Shown in pieces: positions 1 to 13,079 of a stretch of DNA of 64,000 nucleotides. Location: positions 53,506,001 to 53,570,000 of the forward strand of contig NC_043004.1 of the NCBI RefSeq assembly GCF_006345805.1, in the 5' to 3' direction. Position 1 is the first letter of the stretch; each line of letters opens with the position of its first letter. Origin of the DNA: Octopus sinensis (lineage: Eukaryota). Below the pieces are notes generated by a model, which was not told the DNA's origin, did not search any database, and worked only from the letters and a program-made list of their open reading frames with translations. The position numbers and the translations under genes were made by a program.

Positions 1-96
1 GTCATGTATCAGTATGTGTAATATATAAATAACATTTTTAGAATGAAATAAAAATCCAAGGCTGTGAAAGATTTTAGATCATTTATAAATAGAAGG

Positions 97-142
97 TCTT
101 GCAGCTGTTTTAGGGATATTTTATATATCCCTGCATCAGAGA
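97..142 (-). ncRNA. Degenerate minimal hammerhead
   Basis: UCU-CUGAUGC-AGGGAUAU(AUAAA)AUAUCCCU-AAAA-CAGCUG-C-A-AGA. Perfect 8-bp stem II and palindromic CAGCUG, but three core substitutions. Confidence 0.5.
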
Positions 143-299
143 TGGTGTGAGAAAATGGTTAAGCAATAGACATGCTTGACCTCCTGCTTCTGCCCCCGCC
201 CCCGCCCTACCCGAGAAATATCAATTGAGGTAACTTTGGCACACAGAGATAACTTTGGTAGAAGGAATACGGTGGAATTTCTCAGAAAATAGGGGTGAG

Positions 300-437
300 T
301 GAGGGACTAAACCTATATATAAAGCACCCTATATAAAACACCCCTACAGTGTTTCATGCCGATTGGCCCAATCTTTTGGACGTGATGCGAGTACAGACGG
401 ACGAACGGGCTGACATTACGTCCATTATAGTATGATT
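300..437 (-). mobile_element. Possible non-autonomous Helitron/Helentron-type (DINE/Lep1-like) end fragment
   Basis: Minus strand starts TCATACTATAAT, followed by gttcgtccgtctgt microsatellite-like sequence and ccaatcggcatgaaa. This resembles the layout of such elements; recognised by resemblance only. Confidence 0.35.
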
Positions 438-685
438 ATAGTATGATATATATGTATGTATTTTGTACTAGATCCAAAAGGTCCACAGTTATTCGTCGAC
501 AGCCATTCTAAGTAAAAGTTAGAAAGGAATTCCCGTCGTTTTTTGGAACAGTGAATTATTGCATCCCTCGCCATGAGAAAATTGACCCTGCGTCTTCCGT
601 ATAGAAATGAGTGAGTGATGAATTTATTTGATATTTAGAATGACATCAAGTTACATAAACTTTGAAATAGTCCAAATAAAAAACA

Positions 686-690
<5 letters not shown>

Positions 691-770
<80 letters not shown>
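691..770. repeat. (GA)n microsatellite
   Basis: ~40 perfect GA units. Confidence 0.98.
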
Positions 771-772
<2 letters not shown>

Positions 773-1914
773 ACAAGTAAAATCGCAATAACTTGAGGAA
801 CATAATGAGATAAAGTAAGTGGATGTTATATCAGGATTGCAAGTAGTAGAAACAATTCGATTAACAATTGACTCCTTAGGGACCTGGCATTGCAGCTGGC
901 ATATTTAGAATGAATTTTATATCATAAGGTTGGTTTGTAAAATGTTTATGATAGAAATTTCATAAATTAGAATTATATACAAAATATATGCGGTTCTTGG
1001 TTTTTACAGCAGGTCTAACAAGGGCCAACGGTAGCCTTTGGTGGCGACCATTCTGCTGCAATCATCCAACAATTCCTCAGATACGAATATGATTGCTCTT
1101 ACGAAGCCGCCAATACGTAAGGCCAGGAAGCAGGAGCAAGGGATTATCGCCGAGTGTGTGTTTGATTATGTGCATATGTGAATATATATGTGCGTCCGTT
1201 TTGTTACAGCGCGTTACGCGCAATGTGTGTGCGTATCTGTCCAAATATGTTTGTTGCTCATAGAATGTAAGATATGTAACATGTATCCATCTGCATAAAT
1301 ATATCACAGATGAGAAATATATTCACCTCGTAAATGGCCTTATATATTTGCACATATCAGTGTATATTCATATACAGAATATACATACATGTGCGCTCGC
1401 ACACGCACATACATATATGCATGTATGTGTGTGTATATATATATATAGTTCATATACACATGCACGTATATGTGTGAGTGCGTTTATGTCAGTCCACAAA
1501 TGTTTCTTTTCTATTATTTACATGCGTCTTTAATAATTATATACGAGTTCGCATCTTTATTGAAATATATTTCTTCCTGAGAAAGAGATTATAACTAAGA
1601 ATTTAAGTAAAAACTGATATTCAAACTATGCAAACGAGTTCCATTTGATGCTGAGAAAATTAATAAAAGATCACACTTCACAACAGTTCAAAGCTGGAAT
1701 TTCTTTAACTTCTTATCTTTTGTGTATATGAGTAATAACTGCGTTTTAAGACTTCTAAAGATGGCACTTACATGCGTTTTATTCTTTGAAAAGCTTTCAT
1801 ATTTGCCATCTGAAGAATTTTTGTGAAAAGTTGGTAGAATTTCTTAATTATATGCCGCTATACTTGTTCCTATTTCACAAAAGCCGTTGAAAAGAATATT
1901 TCATATATATATAT

Positions 1915-1966
<52 letters not shown>

Positions 1967-2254
1967 GAAAAGAATAAATATTTCATGTGTGTGTGTGTGA
2001 GTGTGTATGTATGTATGTATGTATATAAGTATGTATATGCTTTTATCGTGTCTAGTCTTTTCATCGAGAATTTCACTAGAAGTGAAATGCTGTCTGGAAC
2101 TTTTCCGAGCAAGAATGGCTATTTGATCCAAGACATATCCTACCTCACCTACGTTACAGTTAAATATTTCCAAATTCATTGATTATTTCTCGTTGATTTA
2201 GACCGTTAAACCTGACTTCTTCTGACTGTCTGGTTCATTGTTGCATCCTTTTCA

Positions 2255-2385
2255 TTCTCAGTTCAAATTCCGCCCGAGATGCACTTTGCCTTTCATTTTC
2301 GGGGTCGATAAATTAAGTGCCAGTTGCGTACTGGAATCGATCTAATCGACTGGGGGCCCCTTCTCCAAAATTTCGGCCCTAGAAA
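2255..2385 (+). mobile_element. tRNA-derived SINE fragment with Meta-like central domain
   Basis: gttcaaattcc B-box and gcctttcat..ggggtcgataaattaagt, shared with 53875-54109. Confidence 0.75.
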
Positions 2386-2405
2386 TGTGTGTGTGTGCGT
2401 GTGTA

Positions 2406-2449
<44 letters not shown>

Positions 2450-2638
2450 TGTGTGTGTGTGTGTAAGAATTCTAATATATACCTTTTGGAACATAACATG
2501 GCATATAAAATAATATATATGCCACTTAAAATAAATACGTCAAATTAGCTTCGAAGGTAGTTTGTACATTTGACTAATTAGTTATGCGTATACATGAACG
2601 TACGCAGGCGCACACACATGTAGAGGTATATGTATATA

Positions 2639-2686
<48 letters not shown>

Positions 2687-2689
2687 TAT

Positions 2690-3270
2690 AACCAGATAGA
2701 TGTAGATTTCAGGATCTACTCCATCTCAATCACAGGTTTTTTTAATTAATTTTTTAAACTAAACTGTTTAAAACGTCGAATACCGGTAGAATTTCTCACG
2801 TAGAACACGGTTTACGCCGAGCGCTTTTCATAAAATTCTGTATTTTAGAAGTTATTTCATGTTGAATTTGTCGTATTTGGGTAAATTCAACCAATCAACG
2901 ACGTGTATTCGGTTGAAGACAGCTACTGCTGTTTGCGATAGTAATCGAAGAGGAACAACCCCAAATGTAATTGGTAGAACAATATACATGTTCAATCTCA
3001 TGCGAATGCCTCGTATGTAGTTCTGCAAATTATATTTTGCTATACCGACCACACTGACGAGTTGCGGACATCTACGTAAGTGATTACGTAAGTGGTAACA
3101 ACGAAACAGGTTTGTGATTAATCTGTATATTTTGTTTCTTTTCATTTGTCTTGCTCACTTACGTCCTGGCGTTTTGCTAAATTTTCTTGAGAATATTCCA
3201 TAGGGAGTCAATTTCTAGAATAAGGGATGTCCTCTTAGTGGTCATCCCTCTTATATGTATGTAATATGTA
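2690..3270 (+). mobile_element. Non-coding HHR-bearing element between (TA)n tracts
   Basis: Contains the HHR at 3050-3116. Its 3' part (3165-3255) is homologous to the arm of the fold-back at 27342-27545. Confidence 0.65.
3050..3116 (+). ncRNA. Minimal type I hammerhead ribozyme
   Basis: CACA-CUGACGA-GUUG...(UACGUAA GUGA UUACGUA)...CAAC-GAAA-CAGG-U-U-UGUG. Intact core, G10.1-C11.1 pair, 4-bp stem I. Confidence 0.75.
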
Positions 3271-3479
3271 TATGTGCATATATATATATATACATATATT
3301 TATATATATATATATATTTGTATCGTTTTGTTTTGGTTTCGTCTATCTGGATGTTTTGTCGTCCCGTTTTGCGTTCTCATCCCATTTTGTATTGTATTTT
3401 ATTTTATATATATATATATATATATAAAACACCATCCGCAAAAAGTAGTCCTGAAATAAGCTTAGAAAAGTCCTTCTGT

Positions 3480-3770
3480 TAAGGAATACATCCATAAATA
3501 CCAACTCAAGGAATGCAGGTGGAATACTCGCGTCAAAATGTCTGTCAAATATAAACGTAACGGTCCGGATATTGTTGTTTGGGACAGGGACAAAGGTATG
3601 TACCATCATAGAGGTCAGCTGGCAGATATAAATATCTCTTTGAAAATGAAAGAAAAAGAGGGTATAATGCACAACAAGCTTCGAAACCTCCAGGTTCTAT
3701 ATCCAGACTATGAATTCATATTCCTACCAATAATAAATGGAGCACTAGGTTTTTTTAGTAAATGCTTAAG
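3480..3770 (+). pseudogene. R4/Dong-like non-LTR retrotransposon, restriction-like endonuclease fragment
   Basis: Translation contains PDIVVWD...D.NISLKMKEK...PIINGALG, typical of the C-terminal RLE domain. Confidence 0.7.
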
Positions 3771-3914
3771 AACAGTAAAAATATGCGAGTCTTTCCTCAA
3801 ATTCCAAATGTGAATTTATCTGCGTTAACTTCATCCCAAATATGGAGACATGTGTCGTTGTTGGAAACCGGCTCCCTCCTCAGTGGAAGATTTAGAAAAA
3901 TTAGAAAAATAGAT

Positions 3915-3950
<36 letters not shown>

Positions 3951-4029
3951 AATACACACACACGCACACACACACACACTCACACACAAACACGCACACA
4001 CATATCTCTTTAAATGAGACTACGGCAGC

Positions 4030-4418
4030 AGTATTAATAGTTATCGCCAAGCTAACAGGGCAGTGAAGAAAATAGGACGAATGCTGCCGTCAATTAACTC
4101 CAAGAGGCCATCGCTACAAGCTAGCTATGTGACACAGAAACCTGTGTCCATTACAACCTTTGAACAGGAGAGGTGAGCAGCGACGCCTGGTTGGTTCGGC
4201 TACTCTACATTGATGAGGAGCAATCACCCCGAAACTAATCTGTGGTTGATGAACCAACAAGTGGAAGCTGCTGACCTCCCCTGTTCGAAGGTTATAATGG
4301 ACACAGATTCGTGTGTCACATAGCTAGCTAGAGGCGATGGCTCCCTGGAGCTAATCAACGGAATCTTTCGACCTATTTTCCTGGACTGCCATGTTAGCTT
4401 GGCGATATATATTAATAC
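4030..4418 (+). mobile_element. Fold-back element with central hammerhead, in (CA)n
   Basis: Arms ~4030-4197 and ~4251-4418 are diverged reverse complements (atcgccaagctaaca / tgttagcttggcgat; ctagctatgtgacac / gtgtcacatagctag). Confidence 0.85.
4205..4245 (+). ncRNA. Minimal type I hammerhead (C3U variant)
   Basis: CUACA-UUGAUGA-GGAG(CAAUCA)CCCC-GAAA-CUAA-U-C-UGUGG. 5-bp stem I and an AUC cleavage triplet. Confidence 0.65.
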
Positions 4419-5129
4419 ACACACACACACACACATACAAGTGCACTTTTCTCATTCAGCGTATATACACACATATAATACGCAAGCGTGGATTCTCGTT
4501 AATAAATGGACAAACTCATGCACATATATCTACGTATCGGAAAGCACTTGCTCGCAGTTTTCTAAACCAAATACAGCAAAACGTCTCTGTATCTAAAGCA
4601 CAATCAAAATGATACGTATAAAAAAAATCACCATTATATTGTGGAAAAGTTACGAGAAAATTGATATAATAGCACAATAATTAATAGAAAAATTAATCAT
4701 GTTGGAAACTAAAGGGAAAAAAAGAAGCGAACAGACGATAAACAGAAACGAAAACGTACAAAATATTCTCAAACTATAAGAGAGCAATGTTAAATGGAGA
4801 AAAAAAGAACTAATATCTAATGGGAGGTATGCATAAGTATGGGAAGCAGTTGGCGTATACAAGGGAAAAGGATGGAGTGACTTAGTAAGATTCACATAGT
4901 TATTAGAGATAATGTTTGAGAGAAGAGAGATGGGGAGAGACAAAGGGGGAGAAAGGGAGAGAGAAGAATGAGCGTGAAGACAGTAAGGGAAGCAGCCTTG
5001 ATAAGATAGAGTGTGGGTGTATAGGCTGAAATGTGAGAAAGATTGAAAATTATTAGATGTTTTTTTCTGAAACATGGTTTGCGCTCTGTGCGTGCATGTA
5101 TATTTGTTAGTGTATGTATACATACATAC

Positions 5130-5304
5130 ATATAACTATTAATATATACATTATATAACTAATATATATATATGCATATATATATAACTAATAATATATA
5201 TATATATCATATAACTAATATATACATATAACTATTAATATATATATATATATCATATAACTAATACATACATATAACTATTAATATATATATATGCCAT
5301 ATAA

Positions 5305-5353
<49 letters not shown>

Positions 5354-5510
5354 CTATTAATATATATATATATATATATATAACTAATATATACATATAA
5401 CTATTAATATATATATCATATAACTAATATATATATATATATATCACTATTTATATATATATATATATATTATATAACTAATATATACATATAACTATTA
5501 ATATATATTG
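5130..5510. repeat. Degenerate minisatellite: ataacta(tt)aat interspersed with (TA)n
   Basis: More than a dozen recurrences of cat/tatATAACTA(TT)AATATAT with variable TA spacers. Confidence 0.85.
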
Positions 5511-6157
5511 ATATGTATATCACGCTCTCGCACACATATATGTGTATGTGTTTGTGTGTGAGTGCATGCTTGCGTGCGTATGTACGTACGTGCGTGCTTT
5601 CATGCATGCGTGTGTGTGTGCGTACGTGCGTGTGTGCGCGTGCGCGCTTGCGTACGTGTATGAGTGTTTGTGTGTATGTGCGTGTGTGTGTGTGTGTGCA
5701 TGTGCATATTAGGTGCTTTTGATATATTTTAGACGATTTCGATGGCGCACGTGTGTAAATCGTAAAAATGGTGTCTATGAAAACTCGAATATGTGGTCTA
5801 CTGCAAGAAAGAAAAAGAAATGAAATAAAAGATATAGAAATACAAGAACAATAAAAGCACAACTTCAATATATCTTGTAATTAGTAAATACGCTATTATT
5901 TATTGTATTTATGAACATACATTATGCATAATTCATTATTTCTAGTCATATCAGACATAAAGATGAAGAACAAAAATGCTAATAATAGAGATTTATAATA
6001 CAATATATAAATATACTTTATATTAAGCATATTAAGTAAAACCTTATAAAATGCGCTTATAACTATACTTTATAAATTTAAATAGTAGACAAGGTAAAGT
6101 ATATAACTGAAACACGCAAATATATATATGCCTATATACATACATATACAATTTATA

Positions 6158-6346
6158 AATGAGGGTGAAAAATTTGATATTAATTTAATAATACCATCAA
6201 TTTAACACCAAGTGGCTTAGCACATAAAAACCAGGGATACAATACAAATTTATACATAAATATAAGAGAGCGACCACTATGTGTTCTACTCTAGCACTAG
6301 AGTAGACCACATAGTGATCGCTCTCTCATATTTACATATACAATTT
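6158..6346 (-). mobile_element. Truncated fold-back element end (same end type as 27248-27545)
   Basis: Hairpin 6246-6346 centred on ctag-ca-ctag. atgagggtgaaaaa and tataagagagcgaccactatgtg match ataagggtgaaaaa and tataagagggatgaccactaagtg at 27248-27367. Confidence 0.7.
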
Positions 6347-6432
6347 AGGTAACATTTGAATCTTGTACGCATTAATTTCGTAATATACATTAATTGGCAT
6401 GCGCTCATCAATTTTCGTTCATTGTCTAATGG

Positions 6433-6629
6433 TTATGGTATTTTAAACGGGGTCACAATGTTTTGAGTTGAACTACTGGAACAAAAGGTGAAGTATGTCT
6501 TTGTGTAAAGCAGTTCATTGCTCGACTGAAAATGAACACTTGTAGAGTGCTGGCGCAATTCTCTCTCCGTGCAGCTTTCAGAACATGCATCTGCCACCGG
6601 ACCAACGGACGGGTCAGTCGAGCGGGTTC
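6433..6629 (-). CDS. Possible terminal coding exon of an unidentified host gene
   Basis: Pyrimidine-rich acceptor ttttatattgtccgtag|G, followed by a GC-richer non-repetitive frame (TRSTDPSVGPVADACSES...FKIP*). No recognisable domain and no partner exons found. Confidence 0.2.
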
Positions 6630-6667
6630 CTACGGACAATATAAAACAGTTAACAAAACTTAGTCAC

Positions 6668-7012
6668 TTAGGAGCGGCTGTGTGGTAAGTAACTTGCTTA
6701 CGAACAACGTGGTTCCGGGTTCAGTCCCACTGCGTGGCACCTTGGACGAGTGTCTTCTACTATATGTGTGTGTGTGTGTGTGTGCATGTATGTGTGTGTA
6801 TATACGTGTGTGTCTTTGTTTGTCCTGCCAACATCGCTTGACAGCCGATGCTGGTGTGTTTACGTCCTCGTAACTTAGTGGTTCGGCAAAAGAGATCGAT
6901 AGGATATGGACTAGGCTTAGAAAGAATAATCCCTGGGATCGATTTGCTCGACTAAAGGCGGAGCTCCAGCATGGCCGCAGTCAAATGAATGAAACAAGTA
7001 AAAGATAAAAAA
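6668..7012 (+). mobile_element. tRNA-derived SINE family A (internally deleted)
   Basis: A/B-box head, gcaccttgg..agtgtcttctactat core, (TG)n and gaaacaagtaaaaga tail. Same family as 43038-43446. Confidence 0.88.
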
Positions 7013-7824
7013 GTAGGTCTGGCTTTTAGTAACGTTCAGTGAGTACGTGATTATGTTGTGAAGGTACATAACTTAATGTTTACGATGTGGTACTAATGAT
7101 CGCAAGAGTGTCATTTAATTCCAGGATACGGTGTTAAGTTGTATTCTTAAGCAACACACTTCCTTTCACGTTGTTTCACCCTACTCAACTGTAAATTAGT
7201 AACATTGCTACGTACTGACTTACCTTTCAGGAAGAATGCGGTAATCTCGATCATTTATACCCCGAGGAAACCGCGTACTCAACCATATGATTCCTAGTAG
7301 AGGCAGCAATATACATATATACATACACACACAAATACATGTGTCTGTGTGTGTTTGTATGTTTATGCTTACATGTTATATTTTGATAGGGACTTATTAG
7401 GTACTTTAGTTGAGGCACAAAGCCATTTCAGTATAGTCGGCACAGCTCGCAGTTGGGTGAATAAAAAAGCAAATAACAAGGATGTCCAGGTATCAGTGCA
7501 TACCTGGGCATTCTTGTTACTTATTTGCTTTATATATATGTGAGTGTGTATGCGTGTTTGTGTGTGTGTGTGGATTTGCGTGTGTATCTTTCCTTTCTCC
7601 ACTGTCCTGCTCCCTATCTATCTCTCTTTCTCCTTTCCTCCCGAAAAGCACAAAAATGTTCTCCTCTTCTGAACAAAACAAAAAAAAAAACACCCGATTC
7701 ACATGAAAAATGAGGAAACATTCTGTTTTTATTATTTGGGATTTTTGTCTTGAAGAGTTCGGTTAAACGTACGAAAGCGCTACAATATCTGTACACAACT
7801 TCAAACACTCTATACACACACACT

Positions 7825-7838
7825 CAGATAGATAGATC

Positions 7839-7883
<45 letters not shown>

Positions 7884-8004
7884 CTACAAACATACATACA
7901 TACATACACACACACATAGATAGATAGATAGATAGATACATACATACATACATACATACATACATACATACATACATACATACATACATACATACATACA
8001 TACA

Positions 8005-8038
<34 letters not shown>

Positions 8039-8050
8039 CATGCATACATA
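7825..8050. repeat. Compound (GATA)n/(CATA)n microsatellite
   Basis: Direct inspection. Confidence 0.97.
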
Positions 8051-8768
8051 CATATATGTGTCTATACTTACGTACATTCACATGCATAGTCATGTAATAA
8101 TTTGAACTTGCGTTCTAGGAATAGGTAAATATACAAACAAAGGGACCTATAGATCTCCATGTCACTTAGTACGTAAAATCTGAATCCATATTCACTATGT
8201 CATAATCAGTATATATTAGATGCTTTTCTCTCTACCGACATTTACACTACAGCATATTAGTTCTTTAGTTACAGCCGACATTTTGTAATGGTTTCGCAAC
8301 GATGGAAATGCGAAACATAAGAGAGTAAGACGAGGCAGAGAGCGAGGGGAGGGTGAGATTTAAGACAAAAAGAAGGAATGAAAGGAGGAAAAAATTTCAG
8401 AAAGAAATGATGATCGAGGGAGAGAGAAAGACGGTGTGATAGAGGAAAAGAACGTCAAAGAGAAATGGAGAGAGAGAAAAAGAGAGAGCGCATGCTGTAC
8501 AACACGAAAATGTGAATAGAGGAAAATAGAGTTAGAATTCTTCTTGTTGAGGGAGAATCAATACCAGCATATGAATATTTGTCAAGGCTATTCTTAGAGA
8601 ATCTTCTGCTTGAATGAGCTAAAACACTCGTTTACAACATCACGTGCAACGTTAAGTCGGTGGAAAAGCTTTACTGATAAAAACAAATGGCTGCAGAAGA
8701 CGAGAAATATAAAGTAGCACAAATGTAACTTTTCTCTTGTTTTCATACATACCTATCTACGTACATTG

Positions 8769-8816
<48 letters not shown>

Positions 8817-9034
8817 ATATACTTACAAACGCATATATATATATATATATACATACACAAATGCATAACATACATTCATGAGAGTGCCTATGTGTTTGGA
8901 CGTGACTATGTATATTTGCCTATATATAAATGCATATGCAACGTATAATAGACATGTGTATATAGATACATGTATGTGTGTGTGTCTATGTATGTATATA
9001 TAAATGTGTTTATATATATGCACACAAACAAACG

Positions 9035-9096
<62 letters not shown>

Positions 9097-9784
9097 CGTT
9101 TGTTTGTTTGTGTGCATATATATATATATATATAAAGATGTATATATGTGTTTGTGTACACATATGTTTGTGTGCGTGTATATATATTTGTGTGTGTGTA
9201 TTGTTCTCTTTTTTTATATGTACTTATACATATAATTCTGTCGTTGTTTCACGTGATATATCGATGCCTATAAAGATGGTCGTAATATTTCTTGTTTATC
9301 GCGAAAGTGATTTAGGTTTGTGAAATGAATCTGTGAATGTCGTTGTTGTTCTGTTTATAATGTATGTCTGCACTGCTTATCAAAGTAGTGTTGAACGGTT
9401 ATGGTATTTATTTTTTTTCTAGTTCTGCAGTATTGTTGGATTTGTAGTGGTTACCAGCGGTGATGTTGGTAAGGTATTCCAACGGCTGCGTTAGTATTCA
9501 GGCAGTTGTCATTGACAGTGTTACCGCTCATGAAACTTCTTTCATTTTTGTTGTCGTTAGAATGGCAGATTGACAGAATCATTAGAACTCTGAGGAAATG
9601 CCAATCACTAATTCTACGAGAATTTTGTTACGTTCTGATTTCAAAATTAAATTAGGACGACTTTGCTGTTTGACATTGAAGAGCTCAATGAAATTAGATA
9701 CCGGTCAAGTACTGGTGTTAATGCTATCGACTAATCTATTCACTTCCAAGCTGCTGGTATTTGCTTATGTAAGAAATCATCATC

Positions 9785-9985
9785 ATTGCTGGCAGAATAG
9801 TTTGCTGGTCGGGCAAAATACTTAGCGGCATTTTGTTTGCTTTTACGTTCTGAGTTCAAATCTCGAAAAAGTCGATTTGGCTTTCATCCAATCGGGGTTG
9901 ATAAATTAAGTGCCAGTGAAACACTGCGGTCGACATAATCGACTTAATCCTCTATCCTAAGCTGCACTTGTGTTCAAATTTTGAA
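9785..9985 (+). mobile_element. Degenerate Meta-domain SINE with (TTA)n tail
   Basis: gctggcagaat...gttctgagttcaaat...ctttcatcc..ggggttgataaattaagt, as in 53875-54109. Confidence 0.7.
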
Positions 9986-10055
<70 letters not shown>

Positions 10056-10063
10056 GTATTATT

Positions 10064-10863
10064 GAGTGAGAGAGCAGTTCATGCCATCAAAGTGACACTG
10101 GGGTAAAATATACGAAGCCCAATCATGACTACCCGTCTGATAAAGGTACACCAGGCACATGCATCACAACCATATGTGCGCGACATGGTGATCTTATATC
10201 AAGATAAACAGCACATGACCTTGCAGGTGGGGCCCAGTTAGAATTTTCTTCAGGTTGAGTAGCCCATCCCGCTCAAACGGTCCCTGAATAAGGGTTGTTT
10301 AAGGATGTTGAAAGAACCACCCATGTTTCCAGAGGTGAACTATTCAAACCCCAAAGAATCCCTCTCAACACATGGCTATGATGCTCCCCCACTACTTCTG
10401 CTCGTGATCAGAGATGCACATATCGTCAGCCACTAAGGGACATGCTCAACTGGTTAAGGTCAAACAACTGACAAGCAAATCTGTGGTATTGAGCAGAATA
10501 TTTGCTGTAGCCCATCTTTTATACCAAGACAAAACAATGTACATGATAACACTTCCAATCAGTTAAGATCAGAAGCCATGAGAGCCACTGCCTGGTACTG
10601 CATCAGGGCATTGCTCCCCCACTACTTCTGCTCGTGATCAGAGATGCACATATCGTCAGCCACTAAGGGACATGCTCAACTGGTTAAGGTCAAATAACTG
10701 ACAAGCAAATCTGTGGTATTGAGCAGAATATTTGCTGTAGCCCATCTTTTATACCAAGACAAAACAATGTACATGATAACACTTCCAGTTAGTTAAGATC
10801 AGAAGCCTTGATAGCCGCTGCTTGGTACTGCATCAGGGCATGCCTGGTACTGCATCAGGGCAT
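10064..10863. mobile_element. (TAA)n-inserted ~555 bp interspersed repeat with nested end duplications
   Basis: Highly similar to 56451-57005. 10382-10611 is repeated at 10612-10841, plus a further 22-bp end repeat. (TTA)n on both sides. Confidence 0.88.
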
Positions 10864-10895
10864 TTATTATTATTATTATTATTATATTATTATTA

Positions 10896-10937
<42 letters not shown>

Positions 10938-10944
10938 TATTTCT

Positions 10945-11104
10945 TTTTATCACAGGTTTTGTTGGAACTCCTGGAGTCTTGCCTGCGTGACGGACTAGCT
11001 ACCTATAGCCTACGGTACCATGCTATCCGTTGTTTTCAGCTATCTAATACTTTCCTGGTTATTCTGGCCGTGCCAAGGAGGCAAACCTTTTGTAACAGTT
11101 CTGC
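10945..11104 (-). pseudogene. 3' end of R4/Dong-like LINE
   Basis: Minus strand ELLQKVCLLGTARITRKVLDS*, then a short 3' UTR running into (TAA)n. Confidence 0.72.
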
Positions 11105-11569
11105 TGGGCACTCTATTTTCACTCCTGATCCAGGATTCAATTACCGTTCGGTTTGGCACCTTATCCCACCCTCTTCTTTGCCTCTGTGAATAACCAATCT
11201 CTGGATGCCAATCAGATTGCTCAATCACAGGTCACCTCCCGGGCAAAAGTTCTTCACCTTTGGTTCGAGCCTCATTAACACCATTATTTGATACATATGT
11301 ATTAGATATTTTCACTCAACATTTAGGTATGTGTTTTAAGGTTAGCCATCCACCCGTATTTTTATGGAGACACCACCACTTGTAAGATTGTCAACCAAGA
11401 CTGGAGAGCTCTTACTACCCATAAGTTGAGGCTTATTATTATCATTATTATTATTATTGTTGTTGTTGTTGTTGTTGTTATCATTATATATGCACTATTG
11501 AAACTAAGTCTTCCCAAAAATATTTATATCATCCATATATATAACAGATTATTTAATTTTCTTCCACTT

Positions 11570-12490
11570 TTCAAGGTGTCTCCGAGGCCACTTTCCATAG
11601 TATCTGCGTGAGGGGTATCATACAAATTACAAGCAGCAATGGTGATACACTATCCCCTTGAAATATGCCTATCTTGATGTTAACCCACGCCACAAATTTT
11701 GCATATGAAGTTAACTCTGTATTCCGGTTTTTCATTGATCTCCTAATAACATTTGATATGTTATCAGACACCTGTACCGGCTCAAGATTTTATAAAATCC
11801 AGGAATGGGGTATCATGTCATACGCTTTCTTATAATCGATCCACGCCATGCCCATATTTGTAAGTCTTTTTCTTGCAGTCATTCAGTACGTTTCAATCTA
11901 TCAGAACTTGGTCGTTTTTCCCTTTGCTTTCTCTTTTACACTCCTGTTCTCCTGGCGGTTTGTCATTCATTTCCAGGAAGTTCCACACATAATTAGACAT
12001 TATTCTTCTCATCAGATTCCACAACAAGGAAAAACAGGTGTTAGGCCGGGTAATTATCCACTGCATTACCTTTGCTGGAATCCTTTAGGCAAAGAAGTGT
12101 TTTACCTGTGGTTAGCCAGTTTGGGATCTTGTTGAGCTTTTTACCCATTTGGGTAGCTGTTCTTCTGTGTAGTTCTTGGAAATGTTTCAGCCAATATACT
12201 TCTACCCCATCCAATCCTGGGGATTTCCAGTTTGGGATCTTTGTTGTCTGTTCGGTTACCTTTTCCGTCTTTTTCCTAACATTGCTGTTTCACTTTATAT
12301 TTTTCCGATCTTAATTCCTTCAGTCATTTAGCATCTTTGTTCTACTTTCTTTCATCATCCCAGATATTTCTCCAAAACCATTTTTTTCAGCATTTGATAT
12401 CTCATTGCTGTTAACTTTTGCCTTCAGCTGATGATAAACCCTTTTCTGGTCTTGTCGGAACAATTTGTTAATTTTATATTGTTCAATTCT
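11570..12490 (-). pseudogene. R4/Dong-like LINE RT fragments
   Basis: Minus strand NKLFRQDQKRVY, PNWKSPGLDG...WLK, MAWIDYKKAYDMIPHSW and GIFQGDSVSPLL, with stops and frameshifts. Confidence 0.85.
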
Positions 12491-12499
12491 TTATTCCTA

Positions 12500-12950
12500 C
12501 TTAATCAGGGCTGGGCAGCCAGAGACAATATGATTCGTTGTTTTTGTCCATTTCCACGTATTCTGCAGTGACTTGTATTTGTTTTCATTACATGGTTTTG
12601 GTCATATCTAGTGGGAAAGTTTTGATCTTGCGCTGCAATTAAATATTCTTCAGTTTCTGTTTTGAGTCCTGAGTTTCTTATCCTTTGTTGCGATTTTGCT
12701 TTATTTATTTCTTTTGCGTTTAGTTTAACCCAGTATTTGCCGTGAAGAGGCTTTGCTTGCCATCGTTTTATCATGATCCCTTGCTGTGCCCAATTTTGTT
12801 GGGATTTCAGTTTATTTTACAGCTTTCATTGTTAGTATGACTTCTTTTTTGTATTAATGACTGAAAACAGTTTTTATTTTGCTTTGTTCGTGTTTTGTGG
12901 CTATTTCTATTAACTTTCTTTAATTCTGAAGTTGGTATTTCTCAAAAGGA
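12500..12950 (-). pseudogene. R4/Dong-like LINE post-RT fragment (separate copy)
   Basis: WQAKPLHGKY...LKTETEEYLIAAQDQ..TR.....CRI. This normally lies downstream of RT but here sits upstream, so it is a second insertion. Confidence 0.78.
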
Positions 12951-13079
12951 AAATTGATCCAGTTATGACCATTTCGTTTTCATTTTCTCATAATGTACTT
13001 CACACAAAATTATCGAACAGTTTTACATCAATTCTGTTAAAAAATTTCATGATATTATTGATATTTATTTGCGATTCCG

